Positions 39,301-52,900 of a stretch of 64,000 nt of DNA are shown one piece after another. The position numbers were made by a program, and so were the translations under genes. This DNA comes from Raillietiella orientalis. Lineage: Eukaryota. The notes under the pieces were generated by a model. It was not told the DNA's origin. It did not search any database and saw nothing but the letters and a program-made list of their open reading frames with translations. Where the stretch lies: NCBI GenBank assembly GCA_036172245.1, contig JAYWIR010000007.1:4216001-4280000 (forward strand). The letters run 5' to 3'. Every line of letters starts with the position of its first letter. Position 1 is the stretch's first letter.

Positions 39301-41971
39301 ATGTTCGGGAGGGAGGGGGGTTCCCTGAACCGGCGACCACTCATCCCCTCGATGCAGCAAGCCGGCAAAGGGCAGGGAGAGGGAGGGGTCGAGGACGTAG
39401 TCGCTCTCGTCCTTCTGCTCTGCTTCCCCGCCGCGAGCGTCTCCGGGCTTCTGCCGCGCGAGGATGGGCGCCGCGGGATCAAGGAAGAGGGGAGCGTAGC
39501 TGGAGAGCCCCCTGCAGGCACTGCTTCTCGAACGGACGCTTTGGTTTCTGCGATCCTCGATCCTCGCGCTCTGGAAAAAGAAACGGGGGTAAAAGGTCCA
39601 GGGTGGTTTCATCCCCCGTGCCTTTTCCCGTGGAGCACTTCCTCCGGTCTATCCGTGCGCGCCCTCGGAAGCTGGTCCCCCGGGAGGACGCGGGTTTTAA
39701 GACTTGACGTCCTCGGCAGACAAGGTTCGTTCCCGACTCGCGGATCAGAAGGGCGATAAGCGGGGGATGGGGCGCGAACGAGAGCACCCCGTCCGGATTA
39801 GGGGAGGAGGTTTCGCGCGCTCTCGGAGAGGTCCCGGAATGACGGTGTCCATGAGAGTGAAGGGGCTTCAGAGGAGCCGTGCGGGCGGTCAGCCGATCAC
39901 GCCTGGTCGTCCGGACGGACGCACCTGCACCCAGCAACGAGCAGCGCGGATGCTGCCATCCGGCGTGAGCTGGCCGCTTTCAACCCGGTTGTTTTCGCCG
40001 GCAAGGCGCGGAAGAAGAAGAGGCGGTTTGTTTGTTTGCTTACTTTGCTCTCCTCCGGAGAGCTTTCAGTCTGGGGGATCACTTAAATCAACAGGTTGCT
40101 CCGCACGGGGAACCACACATGGAGCAAGACTGCGTCTGCAAAGGTCACCGGGGAAAAGAAAAGAAGGCGAAAAGGAAGCACCGCGATCCTCCCGCGGGCG
40201 TCTCCCGGAGGTTGCTGCTGCAAGGCGCATCGACGTGCTAACGGCAGGATGGAGCCCTCCGTCCTGCTGTCTCCAGGGGGAGGAGATCCCGATGCCGCCG
40301 CCGCGTTTCGGGGATGAAGAGAGAGTTTTCCTTTGTTCCCCTGGAGAACTGCGATCAAACTGCCGCGCGCATTTTTCAAGATCCCGTCATATTTCCCACG
40401 TCTGCCTGTTCCCTGCCTTAACGGGGGGATCTGGCAATCTCGCGGGGGGAAGAGACGCTCTCGAAATATTGTCGTCGTTGATCAACCGGGACGCATCGCC
40501 CGCTCCGCAGGCAGCCCCGTCGTACCTTGGCGATCGGGGGACGCGTGACACGTCGGGAAGGAGAGGAGGGGGGGGGGGAGGAGGGAAGAAGGAGAAGCAA
40601 AAAAAAAAAAAAAAAGGAAGAAAAGCAAATTCTGAACGCGTCGCGGCAAATGGGACGAAACGGTGTGTTTAAACGGATGACTTCATCGGACGGTTGCATT
40701 ATTTTTAAGCCTTCCGCCTTTCCCGTTGGTTCGTCCGCTGATTGTTGCGGCAGATGGCGGCATTCTTGGGATAGCCTAGGCGCCGCTTTTTTATTTTTAG
40801 CGCGCGCGCCGGGCTTCCAGGCAACGCGAGCGCGTGCGCGCCGTTGCCTAGGCCGCCGCCGCGCGGCGGCGGCCTAGGCGAGCGGGAGGGAGAGGGAGGA
40901 TCATCCCGCGCGAGCAGTCCGCGCGCGCTCCACGGCAACGGCTATTGATTTAAAGCACGGACGGAAAATTAAAGTAATGCTCCCTAATTTCGCGGCTGCA
41001 GCGGATGCTCGCAGACTTTTATGGGATTCCATCCCGTACAAGCATTCCCGGAGTTTTGCAAATACCAAGTCGCTCCTCTCTATCCAATTAGGGGTCGGCC
41101 GTATTTCGAAATACAGATGCAGCATATCTCTCCGGGAGTGTCAATATTAATGCGGAACGCGATTACTCAACCCGGACGATTTGGTCAGGATTTTTTTAAA
41201 AAAGGAGAAGCAATATCTCCTAAGTGATATCGCTATTACTATGTCTGACTTTTTATGGATGCGCGTTCCATATGGTTAGTGCCGTATTAGTGATATTTCG
41301 AGCTTTCCTGGGATGCAGTGGAGGATGAGAATAAATTTATATTCAATGGACTTTTCGCCTTACATTCGCTGGCTGTTAAAGTCACAGTAAATTCCAGGAG
41401 TTTCCAAAAAGTCCGGGATCCACCGACGAGCTCTGAAAGGAAAAAAGGGGAGAGGGACTTATAAAATGCGCAGAAAGGACCTCGTCTGAATCAAAATTAC
41501 TTTAAAAGCATTTTCTAGAAAAAATGTAATAATCATGTTTGGCTCTACTCGCTGAAGGTTTATTCGTTTTTTTAGAACCCATAAACATCCTTCAAAGACT
41601 TTAAAAAATTCAATTTATTTTTAACTACCGAGCGTACGATTTTCCCAAAAAAGCTCATCCCGTTTTTACTGGATGAAGGAAGATGGTCCTCGCCATTGTG
41701 CAACGTGCCCGTGCGTTGTGAGTGTGTATTTAAAGCTCCGAAATCAACTGCCCTTATCCAATTTTACTCCCGAATAAAATGCAGGAGGTTGAGCAGCCGA
41801 AATGTAAGCGTACTTTTGACCCTTCATCCATTATCGGAAGATTCTGTTGTCTGAAACGCGGAATTAGTAGAACTGAAATGTTTGATCTTGAGGATAAACC
41901 GTGCAGTGAAACATCCTGTTTAAACGAATATTATTTTTGCTTCTTCCCTCCCTCTCCCTCTCCCTTTCTCT

Positions 41972-41972
41972 G

Positions 41973-42006
<34 letters not shown>

Positions 42007-42007
42007 T
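41972..42007. repeat. Compound (CT)n(CA)n microsatellite
   Basis: Directly visible. Confidence 0.9.
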
Positions 42008-45000
42008 CCGCCCCCCCTCCCTCCCTCCTCTTCTATATCCTCTTCCCCGAAATCTCTTGCAGATTACGAAACAGGACAGACCCTCCTCGCGCGGCTGCTC
42101 CTCACCGAGCGCGAGGCTGCAATCACGCCAGAGGGGACCGAGGGTCCCCGCAACCCGTAAAGTGCTTCACTTTCACTGCGGTTTACGTGATCTTCTGGTA
42201 GAAAAGTGCCAAACACGGAACACGTGCACGGCTTTCAGACGTCGCTCCCGAGGCGGAACGCACGGTAACCGCACTCTCCTTGGCCCCAAAGAGAAGTCCC
42301 TCGTCTAAGAAGCAGCTCTCTGCCCTGTTTTCCTTTTCCTCAGGACGCCGGTCGCGCACAGCGATCCCCTGTGGGTGGATAGGGGTGGGAAAAGCGAGCG
42401 CCCGCCGTCCTTCCCGAGCACGCTCACAACCTCTTTGTGTGCTGCGCCCTCGTGTCCCGTTCCAAGTTGCTCCCTTGGAGGCACCCCCTCAGCGCCTAGC
42501 GAGCCTTTTCGAAGCGCCCGGGAGGGAAGAGGGGAACGGGCCCGAGCAGCGAGGGGCTCGAACTTCCCGCTGAAAGTCCGTGCGAGGGCAGCGGCGGCGA
42601 CCGCACCTCGGAGGGGAAGCTGCGAAGGCAACGAACGGTCGGCCGAAGCGGTCGAGCGCGGAACCGGCCACGTGGATGGATGCACCACCCTCGTGGCCAC
42701 CGCGAGTGTGCTGAAAAGCGCCGGCGAGAAAGGGAGATTTTTAAAGCCGGCTAACGGAGGGTTCGCGACGCTTCCCAGCCCAGGCTGCTTCAAGGGCAAC
42801 TTTTTGCTTCCTCCCCGGGTCTAGAGCTCTCTCGGGAGCCGCCGCTACGCTCACTGCGGCGGACTCGCCCGCACACAGGCATACGGAAAGACCCCCCGCT
42901 CGCCCCCTCAACAACGCGTCTCCGCGGCAGGGGTGGCCCCGCCTCCCCCGGTCGCGGGGAGGCTGGAACGAGGGGAAGAGTTGCGTAGCACCGATTCCTT
43001 TCCGCCGAAGTCGTCGGTTCGCGAAGACGTCGTCGCGCACGCGCGCCCCGGGAGGAAGGCTGTATCCCCCGCCCCTCCCCCTCCCAGCCGCGTCGGCGTC
43101 GGAGTCGGGAACGCGAGGTGGTGGAGGAGAAGGAAGTGCACCACCACCAGCTTTTTTTCTTCTTCGGTGGCCATCGCGAAAGCAGGACGGGGGTAATAAT
43201 TTGCGCCATTTATCAATACCCTGGACTCGAGATAAGGGGCGCGCTCGATCGAATCAAAGTATTTGCTAATGGCGGCGCACCGCGGACGTGGGAGGAAGGG
43301 GGGAGGTGCCCCGCGAGGGATGCCTCGTCCTGAGCCTTCGATGCGTGCGGATAACGGTAGGCGTAGGGCGAGAAAGGAGCCTTCTTGGACGTCGTCCTCT
43401 TGGAATTATTTATTGCACCTCATCCCTGCCCCCCTCCCCTCCTCCTTCCTTCCTTAGTGTTGTCACGTCTTCCTGCTTCCGCAGCGAGACCAGGGGAAGA
43501 GGAAAGCTCGCTGTTGGCGCGTCTTCTTCGTGGGCAGCGGCGAGCGCGCGCTCGGGAGCCGCGAGATATTCGCCCCCCTGCGCCATCGAAAAGTGAAGCG
43601 GAGCAGGGCAACGCGGGAGGAGGGCGAGCGACTCCCGTGCTGCAGTCTCCCTTCCCCTCCTCCCTCCTTGGAGGGGAAGGCGACACAGGAAGCTCCAGGA
43701 AGACGAGCCAAAGCGGGAGTTGAACTCTGCGACGAAGGGAGGAAAGGCGCGCTCGTGGGGGAAGGAAGGGGTCGGCTCATTTGCTCTCCCTCGTTCGCAG
43801 ACCCCGGACCGCGGACGATGGAGGCAGCTGGCGAACCTTGCCGCACACGCGCGTGAGTGCGTGCGCCCGTCAGAGGGAGGGCGATTTCCCGAAACGTCCG
43901 GGTTCCCGTGGCAAGCGCGCCGACCGGTGCCTAAGAGTTTCCAGGCAACTCCCTCCCCGTTCCCTTCGTCTCCTTTCGGAGCCATAATCGCGCCGCTGCT
44001 GTCGACCACCGGTGTCCGGCATCTCCGGGGCACTCCCGTCTGCGGGCGCGAATCCGGTGCGCGCCCCCGTGCAGCCCTTCCCTCTCCCCGACGCGGGCAC
44101 GGACGCCCCCGAGGAGGAGCAGCGACTTTGGAGCGGAGGGACGGAATTCTCGAAGACCCCCTTGCGACCTTGGCGCAGCGTCACGCGTTCGGAGCCCTGG
44201 GGACCTTTGAGGCAGGCGTCGACCCGTCTTGCCACCCCGGAGCGAGAGGGTGCTGCAGAAGGATGGAGGTCTACCCGCCCCCGGAAACTCCCAGGAGGAT
44301 GCAGCCTTGGGTGTTCCTCCTGCCGTGTCTTGCGTCCACGCGCTGCCCCTGCCCCCCATCCTCCCTCGGGCTACGCTTGCCAAAAGCGGAGCCGGACGGG
44401 ATCGACCGCCACCTTCGCACCGCCGCGTGGAGGGTGAGCTTTGGGGGGGGGGGGCACCCAGCGCCTCCGGGAGTAAGTGCGTCCGGTTTCCTCCTGGAGC
44501 GCGGGCACCCTCAGCCGAGGCGAGAGTCGCCCTCCAGAAGGGCGGCTGGCGGACCTCGGAGCGCTCCGCTCTTTCCCGCCCGGGGGCGTCGTGCTGTCGC
44601 GCCGGTCGGTCTCTCTCCAACTCCTCCCCTCCCTCTTCCCCCCTTCCTGGCATAGAAAATCCCGGAACGCTCTGTCTCGGCTCTGCGTGTTTGGAGAGAG
44701 AGAGGGAGGGGAGGAGGAAAAACTCTAATTCCCGCCCGCTTCCTGCAACCGAGGAAACAGGTATGTCTCCGAGACGGGAGCGCAGGCGCGTCCCGGATAG
44801 GCCCTTTTCTCCTCCTCTTCTCACGTGGAGTTCTGCCCCACTCCAATCCACCCCGAGCGCGCGAGACCGCGGGAGTGACTCGGCCGGTGCGTCCCGGCAG
44901 GAATGGAGAGGGGAAGGGGCGGGCGGCTGAGCGCGAGACAAGGGAGTGTTGGCGGGAAAAGGGAGAGGGACGGGAAGCCTCCCCCCGAGTGCTTGTGAGG

Positions 45001-47449
45001 AGGATGGCGAAGGAGAGAAGTCCTACGGAGGCCAGGAGCGCCTTCTGGACGCGCGGAGTCCTGGCGCTGTCCGCGGCGCGACCTCCAAAGACCTCCACCA
45101 TCCCTTACGATGAGGGAGCTGAGGAAGGCGCTGCAGGGGGCCTCCGAGGTCGAATTCCCCCTCCCCCTTTTCCTTTTTTCCTCCGCGCTCCTTCCCTGGG
45201 GACGCCCGCCCGCTTCGCCGCCGGTCAGAGCGCCGTCGCGCGATGCTCCACGAGATAACCGGCGGTGATGGATCGGTGGACCGGCGGAGGCTATGGCCTC
45301 GGTCGGCTCCTTTCATCTCCGGGGCCCGAGCAGGAGGAACTTCCAGGAGGAGGGGAGGGGGCGACCTCGGGAGTGTGTGCGGGCGCCGGCGTGAGCTTTC
45401 CGCTCCCTTCTTGGCTCCCGGCCCGATCCTGCAGAGGAGGCGGCGAGGAGCGCATGGACGGACCAGCCCGCGAGAAGGCGAGGAGGCTCCTGAGCCCCCA
45501 CCTCGAACCCCCAGGGAAAGAAGGGGACGCCCCCCGTCTCCAGGGTCTCCGCGGGGAGCGAGCGGAAAGTGCCGTCGTAGCCTCCGGGAGGAGGGGCTCT
45601 CGGGGCTCCCTTCGCTCTTATCTCCGCTGGGAGGAGCCCTTTTAGCCCTTTTCCGGAAAGGGCCTTCGCTTCCCTCCTCCACCTCCTGGGAGCGCCCATC
45701 CCTCGGTTCCGAGATCCGCAGAGCGCTCCTGGAGTAGGCTCCAGCCTCCCGCACCGTACGGGCGTTCTGTGGAGCCAGCGGGCTGTGCTAACGCGGCGCG
45801 GGTGCGCGCGCAGCAGTTGTGGTTGAGGAGCGAAGGGACGTGCCGGGAGAGCGGAGGCATCAGGATCGGTTCCGAATGGGATGAGGGAGGAGCTGGAGAC
45901 GGGAAAGGGACCCTCTCCCTCCCTATCCGGGCATTCTAGGGCCAGGAGACGGTCCGCATCCCGCAATCGCGAGTCAGTCCGCTCGATCACCCCCTCGTCC
46001 TCCCTCTTCCTTTCCTCTGCCCGCCGTCGGAAACCGAGACTCGGCTTCCGGACTCCCTGAGCTCTCTGCCAGTCCTCGAAGCCCCCTCTCCCTTCTCGAA
46101 CCTTCGATTCCCCCTTCAGCAGTCGCTTTTCGAGCTGCCGTGCCTGCTGCGCGGCGGGGAATTCCCGGACCCAAGGATCCGTCCGTCCCCTCCCTCCTGG
46201 GAGTCACTGGGAGCGGCAGGGATGGAGACTGTAGGCCGCGACGAGGGGAGGGACCTCGGTCCTGCGCCTCCCGTCGCGGAGCCACTGTCGCTTCTTTTTT
46301 TGGACGTCCGGCCAGTAGAGGGAGGGCTGTGCGCCGACGGGGCTCGGGGGAGGCTGTGGCGGCGGTGAGTGGGAAGATGGGGAGGGGCGAGGGCGAGGGC
46401 GGGGAGGAGGAGGAGGAGGGAACTCGATCCTTGGCCCGGCTCGAGCGCGACGCGACGCGTGCGACTCGAATTTCACCCCGGCGCGTCCCCCCGCGCGCGC
46501 GGTGCGGCGGCCGCGCGCGTCCTCGTCCCAGGGTCATGTGAAGCCGAGGTTCCGGGCGCCCCAGGAAGCGGGCACCGCCGGTCGCCCCGCTGCACGCGCG
46601 CGAGCGCGCGAAGTCTCCCCTCCCTCCCTCCCTTTGCCTCCCCGTCTCGTGCCGTCGCGCGCGCCCGGCTGCTCTCCCCTGCGCAGCGCGGGAAGCGAGG
46701 CCGTGCGGCCCGTCTTCCCCCGGGGGGGAACGGCCGGCCTTCGGGAAAAAGACAGTCCGCGAGAAATCGGCAAGCTGGCCCCGCGGAGGATCCTCCCCAG
46801 GGAGTGCGGATAGGCGGGGGAGGAGCCCCTAGGCCATTGGTCCAAGCTCCGCTGAAAAGGAGCTACTCCGGATGAGGCGAGGTCTCGCGTAAAGTTACGA
46901 CCGGCGGCGACGCACGCCCCCCTCTACCTTGGGAAGCAGGGAAGCCGGGTGCAGAAGGGGAGGAGGGGAGCGGCGATTCCCCGGCCTCTTGGAGGAGGAA
47001 CCCTCAAGCGCCGCGAACTCTCGGGGTCCCCGTGATCGCTCGGTGCAGACTTCGCGCACGCCCCTCTGTCCCGGCTAAAGGAGGCGAGGGATCCTCGGAG
47101 TTGGCCACCCCGGAGGCAAAAATCTCCCCAGGGGACCGGGCGCTGCAGAGGCGTGCCCGTACGGTACCCCGCGAGCGCCTGGACACGTGTGCCCGCGTCC
47201 TCATTTGGCGGAAGGCGCACGAGGGCGAGGGCGTGCTTATCTTGGTGTCGTATTTTTCGCCACCCGGTTACAGCTGCCCGTAAAAAAAAAAAGAGGAGGG
47301 GGGGATTCTCATCAGGAAAACGTTTGCAAGCACAGCCACGTCCTTCCGTTGCTTCGGGACCTCAATCCCACGAAGTCGGCGAACGTCTTGGAGGCTTTGC
47401 TCCCCACAAGCAGCGGCTTACCGAGGGACGAACGCACAAGGAAAAACAG

Positions 47450-49900
47450 GGGAGTGGAAGTAGGCAAAAACGGAAAAAGTGCTTGAATGTCGAGCAGAGA
47501 AGAGCTCAAGAAAAAAAAAAAAATACGTTGGGAGGGGGAAGCAAAGGAAGGGATCACAGCGACCCCCCTGGAATCCTCTGCGCCTTTTGCAGAATGCAGG
47601 CAAGTTCCTCCTTGCGCTGAGAGGATGCGGTGCATCTTCAAGGAGGAGATCAACATCGGGATGGCTTCTGCATCGTCGTAGTTCCTTCGCTGCCACGACA
47701 CCGCGTGAGCAGCTCAGTCGATCGACGCCGCGGGCGAGATTCCTCCACGAGTGAAGAGAGACTTTTTGCCCTCAGCAGGAGACTTTTCGGGTTGTCTCTC
47801 GGTGAGTACAGGGACGCAGCTGAACGCCCCCAAGCACTCTGGTAAGCAGGCAGCACACTTGGCGAGCAGGTGCGGAAAGGTTTTCCTTTCAGTGCTCCTG
47901 CAGAGGTCTGGGGTCACTCTTCCCTTGGTTCCGTGGTGGAGGTGCGCGTCGCACGGGACAGTCCAGTGCAGCAGTCGCGACGTCGAGTCCTGCCACTTCA
48001 GAGGAAGCGCGGAACTGTCTAAAAACACCGCGGGGATCTCCACTCGATCCCACGGGATTCCCAGGGAATCCGCCCGGCGGTGGAAAGTCGTCGGGGGTGG
48101 GACGACGGGGCTGGAAGCATTAGCCAGCTGAGGCGCTGTCTGGCAACCCAGCAGTTTTTTCCATCCTGCGATTCCATAGGACACCCACCGACTTGCCGGA
48201 TCGTTACCGTCACTGCCCCCTCGGAGAGAGAGCCGCTCTGCAGCAAGTGGGGTTCTTGGTGACTTCCTGGGTCATTCCGTAGTCTTGTATAACGAGCACC
48301 GAGCGTAGCTGGAAAACCTCAGACACCCCGTTCCTTCCTGGCTCGCGCCTTTTGTCTCGGCCCATATCTGAACTGTTTCCCTGTTTCCAGCTCACGGGAG
48401 AGAAGGAAATCCACGCGTGGTCCCGCGCCAAGGCAACCGTCTGCCAAAGCTAAGACCCGCGTCGGGACAGTCTTCAACGGCTCTCCACGAGGAACGAAGT
48501 ATGTTCCTTTGGGCTGCTGCCCGCTTGGCCAGGAACCGTGCTGGAGGTAGTCCAGTGTTTTTCTGTCAGAGCCAGCCTTCTGAACTGCAATTGGCGTTCC
48601 ACCCGCTATAGCGGGTGGAACGCCGAGACCACCGTCACAACGTGGAAGTCCTTCAAGCGTACCTGGGACCTCTGGGTGCCCCCAAAGGCTTTCTGCAGAA
48701 GGCCCTCGGTCCTCACACTGCCACACGAGGGGAAAACGAAAACAGGGGGAGGAGGAGGGGGGCCACGAACGTGTTTTAAACCGCGGTCCTTTCCAGGATG
48801 GCAAGAGAAACTTTCCATCGTGGAACGGACCGAGAGCTGACCCTGTCTTCTGGAGACAGCTAGACCACGCTGCCGCCGGGGAGAAATCCACCGACGGCAC
48901 TCCGAGGTACTTAAAGTACCGAACCGTAGGGATCTCCAAGAGGATCCAGCCCACGTCGCACTAACGGAACAGACGGACGAATTGGTCCTGTCCACGTGCA
49001 CGCCAGCGCCGCGGCAGATCAGCTCGCGTCCTCGAGCAATGCCGCTGGGGTTGCCGTGGCGACCAGGATCAGGAGGTCGTGCTGACATGGCAGGCGCGCA
49101 GGGGTACGAGCCATAGTCTCCCTATGTGCCTCCTCCCTGCATGCTCTCAGTACCAATCGTTCCGTACGGCATGCTGGACGAATGTCGCCTCCTTCCTCCC
49201 TCCTGCCCCCTGGAATTCTCTGCCAAGTCAGGCGTTTCTGCTCAACCCGTAGGACACGAAACCTAGGTTGCCAGTTCACAATATCCAGTGAGATTCTTCC
49301 GGGCAGACAAAGTGATCCCGATGTCGGGTGACGTGAAATGCTTCACGTGAGAATCGTTCTGTACTTCCCTTCCTTCCTTTCCTCCTCCTCCTCCTCTTCA
49401 CTCTCTTCCTTTCTATCCCTGCTCCAGGCGGATGAATCGATGGCAAGCTCCACGGGAGAGCAACGAGTCCTGGAGAACGAAGATGGAGGAAGGCGATGGG
49501 GAAGAGGCGAAACGGATCCCAGGTCCGGCGTTCCTTGGTCCTCTCTCGGAAAAGGAAAGCTGGAAGCGGAGCGCCCCTAGGGGAGGAGGCCGTAGCGGTG
49601 ATGGGAGTCGGCGAGGGCGATCCCGTTGCCGCATTCTCCGGAGAGGTGCACGTGCTGTTCCTGTGAAAACCTGGATCGAGAAGGAGCGGATCTGGAAAGG
49701 GCGGTCCAGGGGAGGGTGCCGCAGGCTGGGCTGACAGAAGCTCCCCTCCCGGTCTTCGCGGAAGGAGGATAGGTTTTCGCGCGCTCCCTGAACCTTCCAC
49801 CCCGTGCAGGTCGCAGCAGCACCTCCGGCGTGAGGAGCTCAGGATAACCGCAAGAGGCTTCCCACGAGTCCTCGAGGAGCATCCCGAAAACACGAGCTTC
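47450..49900 (-). mobile_element. Degenerate L1/Tx1-like LINE ORF2 (RT, thumb, CCHC knuckle) plus T-rich 3'UTR
   Basis: Minus-strand motifs in order: PILLPRRPG, REAFHVTRH (cf. EKAFD.V.H), CQHDLLILVA (cf. YADD), YFKYLGV, LPRCDGGLGVP, IPWDRV, KWQD..RLLHWTVP, CRSTERKTFPHLLAKC (knuckle), SWQRRN; then a T-rich tract. Many frameshifts. Confidence 0.75.
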
Positions 49901-52900
49901 CCCTCCGCTTCCCCCGCTCTCTCGTCCCCAGTCCCCTGGGATGTGCCCCCAGGACTCGGAGACGGTGGTGCTTCGGGAAACTCGGGAGCGTGAGGAGTTT
50001 CCCGTAACGTTGCTCTGGAGACGGCTCAAGTGGACGGACAGCCGCTGCGGTCCCGAAGTATGGAAATGAGCGGGAAGAGTCGGTACTGGTCTCTCGGGAG
50101 GGGAAGAGCACGTTGCGCCGGGAAGGGGACCGCGCGGGAGACTACTCCTAGGAGGAAGGGAGAAGAGGATCCCTGAGTACTCCCGGGATCCTCGCAGTGG
50201 ATGCCACCGGGAATGCCGCTGCCTTCACGGTCTTCTCCAGCAGGGAACACCAGGAAAGAAGCTCGCCTGGGGGAAAACCTTCCGGAAAAAGAGGCAACAA
50301 GGAAGATCCGGGTGGTCTGACGAGCTCAGGGGAGGGGGGTCGCCGTGGAAACGAAGGTCCGGGCAATAGTCTCCCCGGCGGTTCCCATCGAACCGCAGGT
50401 CCGGTGGCAACGGCGCTCAGCCCACGGAGGCTCTGGCTGGACCGTCAGAGCGCTCCTGATCGAGGGAAGGGCAGGGAAGCCAGGGCCGTCGGATAAGATG
50501 GACACGAAGGGTTCCCCTCCGTCCTTCCCCGTCCTCATGCTCACGTTCCCCGCATCCCGAGAAAGAGAGGGACGGAGGGCTCAGGAAGAAACAAGAAAGC
50601 AGATCCTAGACTCCCAGGATCGCCACGCCGAGGTCGGAAGGACCGCTCCCACGAGTTGGTCTCTCCGGTGCAGCCGAGCTACCAAGAGCAGGGAGGCGCA
50701 CCACCTAACCGAGATCGGCTGGCACCACTGGATCCCGTTCCCGGGACTGACCCTGTCCCCTACTTCCCTCCATCCCCCCTTCATCTCTCGGACGCTCCCG
50801 GGAGGTGGCTGGGCAGGAAGGGTGGAGGAAAGTAGGAAATCCAGGCCGCTCGGGAGACGGCGCGTGCGGATCGAAGGGTCAGGGCGGCGCTGCGCGCGCT
50901 CGTCCCGTGCCCCTCCTTCTCTCCCTCCCTCGCTCTCGTCTCCCCGCCAAGCTCGCGTTCCCGATTGCCCCTTCCTCCCCTTCCCCTGGAAGGTCGCACG
51001 CTTCCGCGGAGTGGGGCATCCCGCCCAGGCTAGCCCCGCAAGGCGAGCGAGGCAGCTGTGAGACCCTCCCGGTCGAGACGGAACCTGCGCCTGCGTGGTC
51101 GTCTTCCTCCGGGAAAGGGGAGGGGAAGGAAGGGGGGAGGGGTCGCTCCGTGGCCCGTCGGGAACCCACGCAGAGGATCAGCCCCTGAGCATCAGCTCTC
51201 CGGGGGATCCGGCAAGATACCAGGAGAGAAAAGCGCGAGAGGCCGCTCGCGCGCGCTTCCAGGCGTGCAGAGCTCGCGGCAGACGTTCCAGAAGAGTGCG
51301 CGGCTCCCCTGCCGCCTCCTCTCTCACGGACCTCGCACGAATCCACATGCGAACGTCACAGCATCGGGAGAATCGGTGCACTCGAGGGCCCGCCTCTCCT
51401 CCCGTCACTGCCGCTGCTGGCTCTGATCCTTGAACGTTTGTAGGGCGAGCGGGCAAGAGGAACGGAGGAGCATTGGCGCCCCTTCCGATGTGTGAGCAGG
51501 GAGGAGGTGCATCACGAGAGAGCGCAGCCATCGAGTCTTTCCCCCCCTCCCCCACTTCCCTCCTCCGCCTCCCTTCCTCCTTTTTCTCCTCTTCCTCCCT
51601 CCTCCTCCCTTTCTCTTCTAGCCTCCTTCCGTTCCTTCTGCTCATCACGCTCGCTCTCCTCTGCTCAGCTAGCGCCCTCTGCCCTCGCCCCGCCGTCTCA
51701 GGGAAGCCGCGGGTTCCTCCGCTTACGGCTACCCCTGTGACCCCCTGTCTTCCCCGAAGCAATTCTCTGGTGGGGACACCCCGGAAGGGAGACCGGCGAG
51801 CGAACGCCTCCTTCCTCGCGAAGGGCTGGTCACCGCCACCGCCGCCTGAAGACGCGGTGCGCACGGCTCGTGCTCTCCCGACGTCCGACCGCCAATTAGA
51901 CCGGGCGATAAACCGGCGGGTTCGCGACGAACTCCCGAAATTCGGTTTTACGGCCCTTCCTGACGGGAAGCCGTCCCCCCCCCCTCCCCCGTATTACGGC
52001 TCCATAAAAAAGTTTATTTGTTATTTAATTAGAAGGGAGTGGAAAATCATATCCATGAAGCACGTCGTTAAGGGAGACGGGGAGGAGGGGGGAGGGGCAA
52101 AGGCGCGAGCGGCGGTTCTCTCTGAGAGCAGGCAGCCCGGTGAGGAGCAGCCGTCGATTGTCCTGGACCGTTTGGGGGCGCGAGTGGGTGTACAGGGGGA
52201 GGGATAGGGTGGGGTGGGATGTGCGCACCTAGAGATCCTCCTCCTCCCATTTCATGCGTCCCGGTTCTCCAGAGCCTTCCCTCCGTCCGGTGGAAGAAGC
52301 CAGCCAGCGGCCTTCGCGAGCGCCCTACCGCCACGGCCTTCGGCCGTCCGCAGCAAGGGCGATCCTGGAGTTGGGAGTCACGTGTTGCGGGGGATAGGGT
52401 TTCGGGTCTGGTAGGTTCCCCCCCCCCCCGCTCTCCCTTAACTCCATGCACGTTTTCCCTCACCCCACCTCCCATCCCCACCCCCGCTTCTTCGGGAAAG
52501 GCAGATGACTTTGGTTGTCTTCACGTGTGTATTTCATTAGGGGCTGAGGGCCACGGCCAATTACGGGAGGGGGGCGAGGGGTGGCTTCGGCAAACGAAGA
52601 AACGGGATACGGTGCCATTCGCGCTCCCCTCCCGTTTTCCCCCTCGTCCCTCCTCCCGCTCTCTTCGCCCTTCTCGGAGATGACGACCTCTTCCCGAGGG
52701 CCGCCGGAGGATGTCGGGCGCTGGAGCGTTGGGAAGGAAAGGGACGGGATCCTCGGGATTAGGGAGGTGCGGGCATGGCAGCAGCGAGTGAAGGCGTTCC
52801 TCTCCCCCTCCCCTCTTTGCCTGCCCGAGCGCGCGCGTTCTCCTTGCTCCAGTCCGAAACAGGAGAGGCCGAACAAAGAAGAGGAGTCCCGGCTCCTTGC

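Noticed and set aside
47250..47520. U2 target junction for the Tx1-like element (Keno)
   Set aside because: No U2 sequence or clear poly(A) tail was seen at its 3' side.
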